Source: Paramoeba atlantica | Lineage: Eukaryota > Protista > Discosea | Length of the DNA: 64,000 nucleotides | Assembly: GCA_977017575.1 (NCBI GenBank) | Contig: CDRNVI010000177.1 | Location: forward strand, 186,001-250,000 | Direction: 5' to 3' | Shown: positions 63,261 to 64,000 of the stretch, in pieces | Position numbering within the stretch: the stretch's first letter is position 1 | Layout: every line of letters starts with the position of its first letter | Notes under the pieces: model-generated | What the model was told of the DNA's origin: nothing | Databases searched by the model: none | Seen by the model: only the letters and a program-made list of their open reading frames with translations | Program-made: the position numbers and the translations under genes

Positions 63261-64000
63261 TAAGAAAAGCTTTGGTATTATCTTTGAACTCTAAAAATTA
63301 ACATCTTATAATCACTTTTAGAATAAAAATTTTATTAATTTAATAAGAAAATAACTTATTATTGATATTTGGTGATGAAAATGATATTACATAACACCAC
63401 TCATTCATTGAGAGATTATACATTACCTCTAAGTTTGAAACAAAGGATATTGTTTTGATAATTGTAAAAATTGAAAGATTCCATCTAATAATACCAACTA
63501 TGAGCATTAAAGTGATATAGAATTCATTTCAAAAGGAACAATATATATGAGAGCAATTATGTATTAAAACAACCTTGAGTTTTTTAGTATCTTTTTTGTA
63601 ATTAAAATCAGTTTCATTAATATTCATGATCAATTGAGAGTGAGCAGCATCAATCTTTTCTTGCAATTCTTTTGCATTTTGTTTCAGCTTTTCTTCAAAC
63701 AAACTGCACCTCTCTGCCTCAAGTGGCTCTAAATCAATAAGAAAAAGTTGTTTTTCACTCTAAACAAAGGAATAAATCCAAGTGAAAAAGATTGCTTTTA
63801 AGAAAGTGATATTAATTCAATCTTTGAGGGTGGTTTGGATCAATGAAACTTGGTTTTCATTACATTTTTACATATATTTAACAATTTTATCAATTTGAAA
63901 AGGTTCAATCTTTGTAAAGTGTTTTCACATCTTTGATTTCACTCTAAAAAGCAGGTTACCCCAGGTCTTGGAAAGTTTTCTGTTTTGTTGTTAGTCAATT

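Overview
Eukaryotic, AT-rich, repeat-saturated nuclear window with no intact host protein-coding gene. It holds one 18S-ITS1-5.8S-ITS2-28S rDNA unit (28.2-35.0 kb, +), one near-intact 5S gene and two 5S remnants (all -), seven full-length tRNA genes, one atypical full-length tRNA and several damaged ones. The rest is nested transposons: a CRE-type non-LTR element, a young gag-only LTR element, a DIRS-like tyrosine-recombinase (YR) retroelement, two PIF/Harbinger/ISL2EU-type DDE transposons with derivatives, a piggyBac-like element, solo LTRs and an L1-like RT remnant. The long AT-expanded 18S is reminiscent of an amoebozoan protist; this is tentative and needs BLAST. Old repeats show strong CpG-to-TpG/CpA decay. 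The most unusual item is the 2.09-kb LTR element at 9674-11762: identical 187-bp LTRs, a 5-bp TSD, symmetric CG...CG instead of TG...CA ends, and a primer-binding site matching the anticodon arm of a tRNA-Arg(UCU) encoded in this window. Also notable are an apparently single RT-RNaseH-methylase-YR polyprotein next to a damaged tRNA-Asn, and a Harbinger-like element with a divergent HTH plus possible HSP20-like accessory gene. All protein family calls come from motif recognition by eye, not database searches. Most ORFs in 19-27 kb and 49-54 kb are low-complexity artefacts.
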